The notes below the pieces were generated by a model. That model did not search any database, was not told the origin of the DNA, and saw only the letters and a list, made by a program, of their open reading frames with translations. Below, in pieces: positions 8,878-17,490 of a stretch of DNA of 29,051 bases (positions within the stretch are counted from its first letter, which is position 1; every line of letters starts with the position of its first letter). A program made the translations under genes and the position numbers. The stretch is taken from NCBI GenBank assembly GCA_041586955.1, contig JBFGZE010000036.1, positions 1-29,051 of the forward strand, in the 5' to 3' direction. The stretch is from Bacteriovoracaceae bacterium. GTDB lineage: Bacteria > Bdellovibrionota > Bacteriovoracia > Bacteriovoracales > Bacteriovoracaceae.

Positions 8878-9672
8878 ATGTTACTCAAGGTAATTGTCGT
8901 CCTTATTTTCTTAATGAGTACATCTTGTTCATCAAGAAAGACTCAACCCGCTGAAAATATTCCACATAAAGATGGTGACCTTTTGGAATTACAAAACTCC
9001 AATGATCCTCTCTTAAGTACCGAGGAGGATGAGGTCGCGATTGATGGCGATATAGTTAGAAAATTAGAGAAGTACGAAAAAGAGTCCACAGGGGCCAAGG
9101 CAGATAATCTCTTTGACGATGAGTCAAAAATAACGGCCTTCAATGACAGTATTCGTTCTGATATTGGCAACTTATATTATGATGATGATTCTGACGGAAT
9201 TACAGATCAATTTATCTCTGAAGAAGATCATCAAATAAACTCACTCCCGCAAGAACAAAACGTTACCGAAGACTTTAATACTTACCATGTCAAAGAGCAT
9301 GAAACATTGATCTATGTTGCTTTTAAATTATATGCCCGTATTGATAAATGGCGGGAGCTCGCATCGATAAATTCTAACTCTTTAGCAGGAAATTATAATT
9401 TAACTCCTGGTCAAATTATCAAATACCGACCAGAATCAATAGACATCAATTGGCCACCTAGCGGCATCCCCTATCTCATTCTCAAAGGTGATTATCTTTC
9501 TAAAATATCACATAATGTATACGGAGATTACCGCTATTGGAGAGCAATTTTTCATAATAATAAGGTTATGATAAAGGATCCAGATCTTATTTTTGCAGGT
9601 TTTACTCTTTATTACCCTGCTAAAAGTCAGGTTTTAACTCCAAGTCGAAATAACGCATCAACTAGTCAATGA
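8878..9672 (+). CDS. Lipoprotein with two LysM domains
   Basis: Lipobox-like MSTSC after a hydrophobic stretch; acidic linker; LysM1 YHVKEHETLIYVAFKLY...W..LASIN...LTPGQII; LysM2 YLILKGDYLSKISHNVYG...WRAIF...IKDPDLIFAGFTL; GAGG RBS. Confidence 0.85.
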   Translation: MLLKVIVVLIFLMSTSCSSRKTQPAENIPHKDGDLLELQNSNDPLLSTEEDEVAIDGDIVRKLEKYEKESTGAKADNLFDDESKITAFNDSIRSDIGNLYYDDDSDGITDQFISEEDHQINSLPQEQNVTEDFNTYHVKEHETLIYVAFKLYARIDKWRELASINSNSLAGNYNLTPGQIIKYRPESIDINWPPSGIPYLILKGDYLSKISHNVYGDYRYWRAIFHNNKVMIKDPDLIFAGFTLYYPAKSQVLTPSRNNASTSQ

Positions 9673-9701
9673 TAATTGGTCGAGGTAAATTTAGAATCAT
9701 A

Positions 9702-9730
9702 TTCCCCTTCAATTATTTTATGGCTATAAT
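9702..9730 (+). promoter_or_regulatory. Possible sigma70 promoter for the second receiver gene
   Basis: TTCCCC-N17-TATAAT; perfect -10, weak -35. Confidence 0.35.
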
Positions 9731-9764
9731 GAAAGAGAACTTTATATAGAATATGAGCTTTTAA

Positions 9765-10187
9765 ATGGCAAAAAAAATTGTAATTCCTACGCCCAAAAAT
9801 ATTTCTTTTCTTCACCTCGAAGATATGAGTTCTATTCGTATGAAACTGAAGTCAGACCTTAAGGCCCTTGGATTCACAGGTAAAATATTTGAAGCGGCGA
9901 ATATCAAAGAGGCCATTAAATTATGCAATCAAGAAAAATTTGATTTTATCATTTCGGACTGGAATTTACCTGATGGTACAGGCTTTAGTTTTCTTAAAAA
10001 GCTAAAGGCCACTAATAAATTTAAAAATATACCTTTTCTTATGTGCACGACTGTTGATGAAGTTGAACATATTATTAGTGCTATCAATGAGGGCGCCAAT
10101 GAATACTTAGTTAAGCCCTGGGAAGAAGCTGATCTCCAGGAAAAACTGGATTATTGTTGGACGGCAACTCACTTACCTAAAAATTAA
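9765..10187 (+). CDS. Single-domain CheY-like response regulator
   Basis: FLHLED, IISDWNLP (phospho-Asp), MCTT and EYLVKPW; 140 aa with no output domain. Confidence 0.92.
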   Translation: MAKKIVIPTPKNISFLHLEDMSSIRMKLKSDLKALGFTGKIFEAANIKEAIKLCNQEKFDFIISDWNLPDGTGFSFLKKLKATNKFKNIPFLMCTTVDEVEHIISAINEGANEYLVKPWEEADLQEKLDYCWTATHLPKN

Positions 10188-10903
10188 GAATAATTCCTAG
10201 TGTAGAAAACCGCGTAATAAGCGACGGCATAAGGCATCACAAATAAGTTTACAATTGGAATCGCAAGTAGAAGAAGAAAAATTCCTCCTGAGATTGTATA
10301 CCCCAACAAGTTAATCTTAATATCACGAAAGCATTGAGAAAAAGACAAATCATGTCTCGACCATGTGTAGTCAACAAAGCCTACCGCCAAAAGAATCGCC
10401 GTTAAGCAAATGCTAATTGGAGCTAAAATTGGTAATAGCCCAATAAAAAATGCGACTAATGTCATTAATAAAATAAAAGATATCTTTTTAACCTCATTAA
10501 TGATCATTTGAAAAAATTTCTGGAAACTTTTCCACAATCCCTCTGTAAGGGATGCAGGAACCTCACCTTTAACTAATTTTTCCATACGGCCACTTAATTG
10601 ATCATGAAAGGGCGAGGCGATAAGAGAGACCACTAGAATAAATGTCCATGTCACAATAAAATACATCCCAATAGAAAGAAGTCCTATTAAAATGGTATTT
10701 AGGATACCATCCCAAAATCCTGTCCCAATTGTCTCCCCTATCCAGGAACGAATGACGTTCATTAAATCGACGAAGATATATTTACCAACAACCGAGTACA
10801 ATAAGACACCCAGAAGAACTGGTCCAAGAGAAACGACCATTGAAATTTTATCCTTCCTTAGTAATGCCGTTGTTTCTTTAAAACTAGAAAATAAATACTT
10901 CAT
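10184..10903 (-). CDS. EI24/CysZ-like membrane protein
   Basis: Hydrophobic helices, LIASPFHDQLSGRME motif and LAIPIVNLF near the C-terminus, typical of the EI24/CysZ family. Confidence 0.8.
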   Translation of the reverse strand: MKYLFSSFKETTALLRKDKISMVVSLGPVLLGVLLYSVVGKYIFVDLMNVIRSWIGETIGTGFWDGILNTILIGLLSIGMYFIVTWTFILVVSLIASPFHDQLSGRMEKLVKGEVPASLTEGLWKSFQKFFQMIINEVKKISFILLMTLVAFFIGLLPILAPISICLTAILLAVGFVDYTWSRHDLSFSQCFRDIKINLLGYTISGGIFLLLLAIPIVNLFVMPYAVAYYAVFYTRNYS

Positions 10904-11316
10904 TCAAGCTCCCACTTTTCCGGGTCTGGAAATTTAAATTCGTAGAGTTTATCAAAATCCTCAAGGCCCCCATCATCAGGAATCGATTGAATCACCTTTT
11001 TGAATTGAGACCAATTAAGATAGGTCTCTAATAAGGGTGTCTCTACTCTCTGCGCTTCGGCCCGTTCAAGCTTATTTTTTGTTTTTTTTAACATTCCCGC
11101 CGCACCAGGTAACTTACCATTATCGTAATGAAAAAGGGCCGCTGCGGCCTGAATGACGGCCCAATAGATTAAGCGAGCAGGATCTCCCTGCGCTTCTAAC
11201 CAATGGTCTTCCAAGTCCTCATGACACTCCCAATATAATTCTTGATTATAAAGGATAATGCCTTTTTTAATATTTCTTAAGTGTTCTTCAGAAAATTGCC
11301 CAAATTCAAACTTCAA
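10900..11316 (-). CDS. DUF309-family protein
   Basis: GIILYNQELYWECHEDLEDHW...IQAAAALFH...GA; TTG start with GGAG RBS; 4-nt ATGA overlap with the EI24 gene. Confidence 0.85.
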   Translation of the reverse strand: MKFEFGQFSEEHLRNIKKGIILYNQELYWECHEDLEDHWLEAQGDPARLIYWAVIQAAAALFHYDNGKLPGAAGMLKKTKNKLERAEAQRVETPLLETYLNWSQFKKVIQSIPDDGGLEDFDKLYEFKFPDPEKWELE

Positions 11317-11348
11317 AATGCGCTCCGTATCAAGAATGACTTTCCGTC

Positions 11349-11365
11349 AATCCTAGAATAGGATT
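11349..11365. promoter_or_regulatory. Palindrome in a divergent intergenic region; candidate operator
   Basis: AATCCTA-GAA-TAGGATT, with perfect 7-bp arms. Confidence 0.4.
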
Positions 11366-11411
11366 CTTATGGATTAAAATCAATGACTTCCTTAATCGAT
11401 TTGAGGTGCTA

Positions 11412-12563
11412 ATGAAGGTTATCGACCCACGACAAATTACCCAAGAGCTAGTTCCTGAATATATTAGAAACCTTAAGGTTTATCAGTCCGGAAAGCCAAT
11501 TGACGAAGTTGCGAGAGAGAAAGGACTTACCAAAATCTCAAAGTTGGCCAGTAATGAAAACCCTTTAGGACCTTCACCATTGGCCATCAAGAAAATGACT
11601 CCCGGTATCTTGGAGCTGCACCGCTACCCTGATATGCATGCCTTCCAATTGAAATCTAGCTTATCCAAGCTCTATCAACTCAGGCCAGAAAATATCATTT
11701 TAGGTAATGGTAGCGAAGGTATTATGGCCTATATTGTAAGGGCCTTTCTTGGCCCAAGCGCTGAGGTTTTAACCTCTGCCAATACCTTTATCGGGTTTTA
11801 TATTCTGGCAAGAAGTGTCGGGGCAAAGTTAAAAACCATCCCACTCACCGACGATTATCGTTATGATGTAAAGAATATTGCTGCCAATATTACCGAAAAT
11901 ACGAAAGTCATTTATATTGCGAACCCAAATAATCCTACGGGTACTTATATCACCAAAAAAGAGTTCGATTATCTAATGGAGTCTGTACCAAGCAATACCC
12001 TTGTTATTTTAGATGAAGCTTACTTCGAATTTGCCAACGAGTTTGATGATTATCCTGACTCAATGGAATACCGTTATGATAATGTCATTACGCTCCGCAC
12101 CTTTTCCAAGGCCTATGGGCTTTCTGGAATTAGAGTCGGCTATGGTTTTGGGCATGAAGATTTAATTGCCAATCTATCCAAAGTAAAATTACCCTTTGAG
12201 CCCAACTTAATTGGACAATTAGGGGCGATCGGAGCTCTACAGGACCGACCACATCTTGAGAGAACCATCAAAAACAACTATGAACAATACCAACGAACAT
12301 TTAATTATCTAGAAAATTTGGGATTTAACCCCATCAAATCTGTCACCAATTTTATAGCACTTAAAACCGGCAGTGCAGAAAAAAGTCAATTTTTATATGA
12401 AAATTTACTTAATGAGGGTGTCATTATACGACCCCTTTCGACCAACGAAATGCCGGACTTTATTAGAATATCAATTGGTACGCCAGAGGAGATGGATCAT
12501 TTTTTCCAGGCAATGAATAAAGTTATTATAGGATATGAAGGACAATTCGGGAGTCTCAAATGA
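11412..12563 (+). CDS. HisC-family PLP aminotransferase; probably an aromatic amino-acid aminotransferase by context
   Basis: KLASNENPLG, NPNNPTG, LDEAY, and RTFSKAYGLSGIRVGY with the PLP Lys. ATG 11412 follows a GAGGTG RBS. It heads the fah-hmgA operon with an ATGA overlap. Confidence 0.85.
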   Translation: MKVIDPRQITQELVPEYIRNLKVYQSGKPIDEVAREKGLTKISKLASNENPLGPSPLAIKKMTPGILELHRYPDMHAFQLKSSLSKLYQLRPENIILGNGSEGIMAYIVRAFLGPSAEVLTSANTFIGFYILARSVGAKLKTIPLTDDYRYDVKNIAANITENTKVIYIANPNNPTGTYITKKEFDYLMESVPSNTLVILDEAYFEFANEFDDYPDSMEYRYDNVITLRTFSKAYGLSGIRVGYGFGHEDLIANLSKVKLPFEPNLIGQLGAIGALQDRPHLERTIKNNYEQYQRTFNYLENLGFNPIKSVTNFIALKTGSAEKSQFLYENLLNEGVIIRPLSTNEMPDFIRISIGTPEEMDHFFQAMNKVIIGYEGQFGSLK

Positions 12564-13567
12564 AAATATGTTCCTATTTAAACACCTTAAATCAGATTCC
12601 ACAAAAGAGGCTTGGAATACTTATTGACGATCAGACAATCATAGATCCAAACCTTAGCCTTGCCTGTGAATATCAAAGAGAGGGTCGTTATGATCCCTAC
12701 AGCAGGGCCAATCATCGGCTTCCATCATCATTATTTCATTTATTAAATAATGCAGACAATCCTTTTGAAGCAATCGAAGAAGGATATGCCACTTATCTAT
12801 TTTTGCAAAAACTTGGTATTGATCAACTGAAAAATGGTACGCCCATTTCATATCGTCTGGATGAGCCATTTATTAACCTCACGACGCCTCTCGACAAAAT
12901 TGCGACCTATCGTGATTTCTATGCCCATGAAAAACATGTGGCCACCGGTTTTAAAAAGCGCAATGAGCCCATCCCGCCCGCCTGGTATGAAATCCCGGCT
13001 TACTATAAGGGAGCGACAGAGGGCTTTATTGGCCACGGAGAAGAAATCTTATGGCCGTCTTATACAAAAATATTAGATTACGAACTTGAATTAGCGGTTG
13101 TTATCGGTAAATGTGGTCAAAACATCAAAGAATCGTATGCTATTGATCATATTTTTGGATTAACTATTCTGAATGATATTTCAGCTCGTGATATACAAAA
13201 AAAAGAAATGGCCGTTCGCCTTGGCCCAGCAAAAGGTAAAGACTTTTGTTCTGTTCTAGGGCCAGTTATTGTCACGATGGATGAATTTGACTTCAAAGAA
13301 CCTGATCTCACAATGACAGCAACAATTAATGGTGAAGAATGGTCAAGGGGCCAATCAGGGGATGCACATTTCTCATTTTCCCAAATGATTCAACATGTAT
13401 CTCAAGATGAATGGGTTCTACCAGGTGATGTTTTTGGCTCAGGAACAGTTGGAACCGGATGTGGATTAGAGCTTGATAAATGGATACGCCCAGGTGATGA
13501 AATAAATTTAACGGTAGAAAAAATTGGCACTCTCAAAAATATCGTTGGCCGGCCAAAGGTGAGGTAA
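12560..13567 (+). CDS. Fumarylacetoacetate hydrolase family protein
   Basis: RDFYAHEKH, LDYELEL, ILNDISARDIQ, KGKDF and GSGTVG; adjacent to hmgA. Confidence 0.9.
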   Translation: MKICSYLNTLNQIPQKRLGILIDDQTIIDPNLSLACEYQREGRYDPYSRANHRLPSSLFHLLNNADNPFEAIEEGYATYLFLQKLGIDQLKNGTPISYRLDEPFINLTTPLDKIATYRDFYAHEKHVATGFKKRNEPIPPAWYEIPAYYKGATEGFIGHGEEILWPSYTKILDYELELAVVIGKCGQNIKESYAIDHIFGLTILNDISARDIQKKEMAVRLGPAKGKDFCSVLGPVIVTMDEFDFKEPDLTMTATINGEEWSRGQSGDAHFSFSQMIQHVSQDEWVLPGDVFGSGTVGTGCGLELDKWIRPGDEINLTVEKIGTLKNIVGRPKVR

Positions 13568-13569
13568 TA

Positions 13570-14655
13570 ATGGAAACATTTAAAGCAAGTGGTACTTATA
13601 CAAAACAGGCCCATGTTAAAATTCCCGAAGGACTCTATGAGGAAGAGCATGGCCGCAAGGGCTTCTTCGGCCGTGTCAGTCAGATTTATCACCAAAATCC
13701 CCCCGTTAGCTGGACTAATATTGAGGGGGAGCTTAAGCCTCAGGCAATGCCTTCAGTTTTTTCTCAAATTGACCCTGATGCCTTTTTTCCTATGCTTGAA
13801 AATAAAGATGTTATTATCAATCTTGGTCTTTTTACTAAAACCTATCCTCATTTTTTTAGAAATGCTGATCATGACGAACTTTTCTTTATTCATAATGGAA
13901 CGGGAAAACTCGAAACAATCTATGGCCATATTGAATACCAAGAGGGTGATTACCTACAAATCCCTAGGGGAACAACTTATAAACTCTTTGTTTACACTGC
14001 CTCTCAAATATTAAAAATTGAATCAAACTCGGAGTTTGAAGAGCCAAGCCGAGGATTATTAGGACCTAATGCGCTCTACGATCAAACAGCTATTATTACG
14101 CCTGAAGCCGCCCTTGGTAGTGAGCAAAACTTAAATGAATATATTTTGGAAATAAAACGATTAGGTAAAATAACGAAAGTAACTTATCCATTCAACCCAT
14201 TAGATGCACAAGGGTGGAAAGGCTCCGTTTATCCAAGAAAACTCTCCATTTATGATATCTGCCCCATTATGAGTCATAAATACCATATTCCCCCCTCTGG
14301 CCATACGACCTTCGTCGCTCATAATTTCGTCGTTTGCTCTTTTGTCGCAAGACCGCTGGAAGATAGCGAGCACGGAGTATTAAAAGTTCCTTTTTATCAT
14401 TCCAATATCGATTACGATGAAGTTCTTTTTTATCACCGTGGTGACTTCTTTAGCCGTGATAATATCGAACAGGGGGCAATGACCTTTCACCCACAAGGAA
14501 TCCATCACGGGCCTCATCCCAAGGCCTTTGAAAAAGCAAACGATAAAACCCATACTGATGAATTCGCAGTAATGATTGATACTCGCTACCCATTACAAAC
14601 AACAAAATATTTTTCTAAATTTGAAAATAAAACCTATTGGAAATCCTGGATGTAA
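13570..14655 (+). CDS. hmgA: Homogentisate 1,2-dioxygenase
   Basis: EEEHGRKGFFG, FRNADHDE, the Fe ligands in PFYHSNIDYDE and HPQGIHHGP, and DEFAVMIDT. Confidence 0.93.
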   Translation: METFKASGTYTKQAHVKIPEGLYEEEHGRKGFFGRVSQIYHQNPPVSWTNIEGELKPQAMPSVFSQIDPDAFFPMLENKDVIINLGLFTKTYPHFFRNADHDELFFIHNGTGKLETIYGHIEYQEGDYLQIPRGTTYKLFVYTASQILKIESNSEFEEPSRGLLGPNALYDQTAIITPEAALGSEQNLNEYILEIKRLGKITKVTYPFNPLDAQGWKGSVYPRKLSIYDICPIMSHKYHIPPSGHTTFVAHNFVVCSFVARPLEDSEHGVLKVPFYHSNIDYDEVLFYHRGDFFSRDNIEQGAMTFHPQGIHHGPHPKAFEKANDKTHTDEFAVMIDTRYPLQTTKYFSKFENKTYWKSWM

Positions 14656-14657
14656 CT

Positions 14658-15287
14658 ATGCCCTCATTTAACACAAGAGAACTTGAGTTTTCCCAAAATT
14701 ATAAATTTCTCATCGGCGGCATCCTGCCAAGGCCAATTGCCGTTGTTAGTACAATCAATGAAGATGGTTCAAACAACCTTGCGCCATTCTCCTTTTTTAC
14801 AGGAGTCAGCGCAAAGCCGATGATTATCGCTTTCTGTCCACTTATTCGCTCTTCAACCGGAGAACTTAAGGACACTCCTCGTAATATTTTAAGGGAAAAA
14901 GAATTTGTCATTAATATTGCCCACCAAGGAATCGCAGAGAAGATAAATCTTGCATCAACTGAGCTTGCTTATGGCCAAGATGAATTTACTCACGCAGGAC
15001 TAACTCCTATCGACTCTGAAATGGTAAAGGCCAAACGAGTCAAGGAGTGCCCCATCAACTTCGAATGTATCTTTAGAGATAATATTTCCTACGGAGACCA
15101 ACCAGGCTGTGGTCAAATTATCACTGGTGAAGTTGTCAAAATCCATATTGCTGATGACATTTACCATGAGGGTAAAATCATTACTGAAAAACTCAAACCG
15201 ATTGGCAGAGGTGCTGGCAATGATTGGTTTGGAACTGGTGATACGTTTCAATTGGAGAGATTAATGAAGGCCCAGATACAAAAATAA
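14658..15287 (+). CDS. Flavin reductase-like (DIM6/NTAB, FMN-binding split barrel) protein
   Basis: ILPRPIAVVST, NLAPFSFF, KDTPRNI, EFVINI and RVKECPINFEC; ATG 14658 lies just after the hmgA stop. Confidence 0.9.
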   Translation: MPSFNTRELEFSQNYKFLIGGILPRPIAVVSTINEDGSNNLAPFSFFTGVSAKPMIIAFCPLIRSSTGELKDTPRNILREKEFVINIAHQGIAEKINLASTELAYGQDEFTHAGLTPIDSEMVKAKRVKECPINFECIFRDNISYGDQPGCGQIITGEVVKIHIADDIYHEGKIITEKLKPIGRGAGNDWFGTGDTFQLERLMKAQIQK

Positions 15288-15312
15288 AGAAGGCCCCTTA
15301 TGGGGCCTTTTT
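15286..15312. terminator. Probable bidirectional intrinsic terminator
   Basis: AAGGCCCC-TTAT-GGGGCCTT, followed by T's and preceded by an A-rich run, between convergent genes. Confidence 0.85.
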
Positions 15313-15338
15313 CATTTCAAATTATTTAAATACTTAAC

Positions 15339-16628
15339 TTATTTTTCAACGACTTCGACCTTTTCACAGAGCGCAGCAAATGTTTTTTCTTCACGGATAG
15401 CGTAAGAAATATTGGTTTTCATATTCTTATCGGCTTCGTAAAAAGATTTTACTTGTTCAACATCCATACCTGCGCCTTTGGCAACATCTTCAATCTTTGC
15501 ATTAAAGTCCGCATCTGTTGTTTCAACATTAAATTCCTTCGCCAGAGTATCGAGGATTAAACCTGAACGAACTTGGAAGATGGCCTTAGTTGTTAGATCA
15601 TCTTTCCATTTTGTGAAATAATCTTTCATCATAGATTCATTAAACCCCTGCTGAGTAAGAGTTTTCTGAACATCTTCCTTAATATGTTTTTCTTGCTGAG
15701 CAATTAATGCCCCTGGAATATCAAAACTATTTTCACTTACTAATTTTTCCAAAATGTCTTGGTGGAGCTTTTGCTTAACCGCAGTCTCTCTTTGCTTAAC
15801 AAGATTTTCTTTATTTTTAGTTTCAAAGTCTGCAACAGAGTCGTAACCGAATTCTTTGGCCAATTCGTCATTTAGCTCTGGGTAAACTTTCTCTTTAATT
15901 TCAAGGAGCTCAACATCAAACTTAACATTTGCATTTTTTAGGTCTTCAGCGTGGTATTCCTCAGGAAAAGAAAGTTCAATAACTTTTTTATCACCTTTCT
16001 TCATTCCAATCATGCCATCTTCAAAGCCCGGAATAAATTGGTTAGAACCAATTTCAAGAACAAATTCCTCGCCTTTCATATTCTCAGGTCTTTCACCATC
16101 TTCCTTTTCACCCTGAAAATTAAGAACTGCAAATTGTCCTTTCTCTAAAGTGGCTTTTTCGTCTTCAACCTCTTTCATTTCTGCTTTAGAATTAAGGTAG
16201 TTTTTCTTAACTTCCTCAAGATCGCTATCAGAAATTTCAACTTTATCTTTACTGAACTTATAACCAGAGTAATCTTTGAGTTCAACAGTTGGAAAAATTT
16301 CAATTTTTGCGTTAAAGGAAACGCTTTTACCTGGCTCATACTTCATATCTTCAAGGGCCGGATATCCGACAACTCTAAGATCTTCTTTTTGAACAGCTTC
16401 GAATAATTGAGTTTGGATAAAATTATTTAAGGCATCGTTTTCAATTTGTGGCCCATGAATTTTTTCAACCATGGCCAACGGTGCTTTTCCCTTTCTAAAA
16501 CCTTTTAGGTTCACAGTTTTTCTTTTCTGCGCAAGGGCGTTTTTGATTTCCTCAGTTAGATCTAACTTATCAAAATTAAAAACAAGCTTGCGGGTGCAGC
16601 TATTTACTTCTTCTATTTTATACGACAT
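15339..16628 (-). CDS. tig: Trigger factor
   Basis: Ribosome-binding motif GFRKGKAP and FKBP domain LEIGSNQFIPGFEDGMIGMKKG; ATG 16628 with GAGGG RBS. Confidence 0.97.
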   Translation of the reverse strand: MSYKIEEVNSCTRKLVFNFDKLDLTEEIKNALAQKRKTVNLKGFRKGKAPLAMVEKIHGPQIENDALNNFIQTQLFEAVQKEDLRVVGYPALEDMKYEPGKSVSFNAKIEIFPTVELKDYSGYKFSKDKVEISDSDLEEVKKNYLNSKAEMKEVEDEKATLEKGQFAVLNFQGEKEDGERPENMKGEEFVLEIGSNQFIPGFEDGMIGMKKGDKKVIELSFPEEYHAEDLKNANVKFDVELLEIKEKVYPELNDELAKEFGYDSVADFETKNKENLVKQRETAVKQKLHQDILEKLVSENSFDIPGALIAQQEKHIKEDVQKTLTQQGFNESMMKDYFTKWKDDLTTKAIFQVRSGLILDTLAKEFNVETTDADFNAKIEDVAKGAGMDVEQVKSFYEADKNMKTNISYAIREEKTFAALCEKVEVVEK

Positions 16629-16684
16629 ATAACCCTCTTGAATTGCACTAATGCCTGGCAGCATTTTTAATCATAAGACGGCCA

Positions 16685-16713
16685 AACATAGCGATAATAT
16701 GAGAGAAAGTCAA
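16685..16713 (-). promoter_or_regulatory. Putative sigma70 promoter of tig
   Basis: TTGACT-N17-TATGTT on the minus strand. Confidence 0.6.
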
Positions 16714-16719
16714 TTAATC

Positions 16720-17490
16720 CTAGTAAGTAACAGAATACAAATACAAGCCTTTTGCCGGAGCAACAGGCCCAAGTTTTCGAGGGAGTGGAACCAGAAATGA
16801 TTTTTCGAGATGGCCCAAGTCAAACTTTCCTTTACCACATTCCCACATCGCACCGACAATAAGTCTCACCATTTGCTTTAAGAAGCCTGTTCCCAGAATT
16901 CTAAGCTCGTAAAGATCTGAAATTTCACCAAACGGCCAAGAACTAGCACTCTTAAGAGTTAATTCGCAGGCATAGATTGTGCGAACAGTCGTATTAACAG
17001 GCGTCCCTGTGCAAAAATAATTCATAAAGTCATGCTCACCTACAAAGCGCTCACAAAACCTACTCATCGCTTCAATGTCAAACTCTCCAAATACATCAAC
17101 AAAGCGATTATTCATCAGTGGAAGCTCATTTTTAGGATTGAGACGGAAAAAGTACCTATACTCTTTCTGAATGGCCTCCTTCACAGGATGAAACGAGGCC
17201 GGGCACGGACAAATAGCAAGAACGCTGATTTCATCTGGCAATAACCCATTAAGCGCTCGCCTTAAGGCCTGGCATTCAATTGCAAATGGAATCTCTATAC
17301 GAACAATTTGTTCAAGAGCATGGACCCCACGATCTGTACGACCAGAGCCTATCGAATAGATTTGATCAGATTTGGTAATTTTTTTTAAGGCCTTTTCTAA
17401 TTCACCTTGAACTGTGATCTGATGAGGCTGCTTTTGCCATCCGAAAAATTTCGTACCATCATAGGAAAGAGTTAACTTATAAGTATTCAA
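16720..17490 (-). CDS. truA: tRNA pseudouridine(38-40) synthase
   Basis: YDGTKFFGWQKQ, GRTDRGVHA (catalytic Asp), GFLKQMVR and APAKGLYL. Confidence 0.96.
   Translation of the reverse strand: MNTYKLTLSYDGTKFFGWQKQPHQITVQGELEKALKKITKSDQIYSIGSGRTDRGVHALEQIVRIEIPFAIECQALRRALNGLLPDEISVLAICPCPASFHPVKEAIQKEYRYFFRLNPKNELPLMNNRFVDVFGEFDIEAMSRFCERFVGEHDFMNYFCTGTPVNTTVRTIYACELTLKSASSWPFGEISDLYELRILGTGFLKQMVRLIVGAMWECGKGKFDLGHLEKSFLVPLPRKLGPVAPAKGLYLYSVTY

Noticed and set aside
2595..10187. Signalling cluster as a mobile island
   Set aside because: No integrase, transposase, tRNA target or flanking direct repeats. Parts look more AT-rich, but this was not quantified and Lys/Asn-rich proteins could explain it.
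16629..16719. tRNA gene upstream of tig
   Set aside because: No cloverleaf or T-loop GTTC motif; the space is occupied by a promoter.
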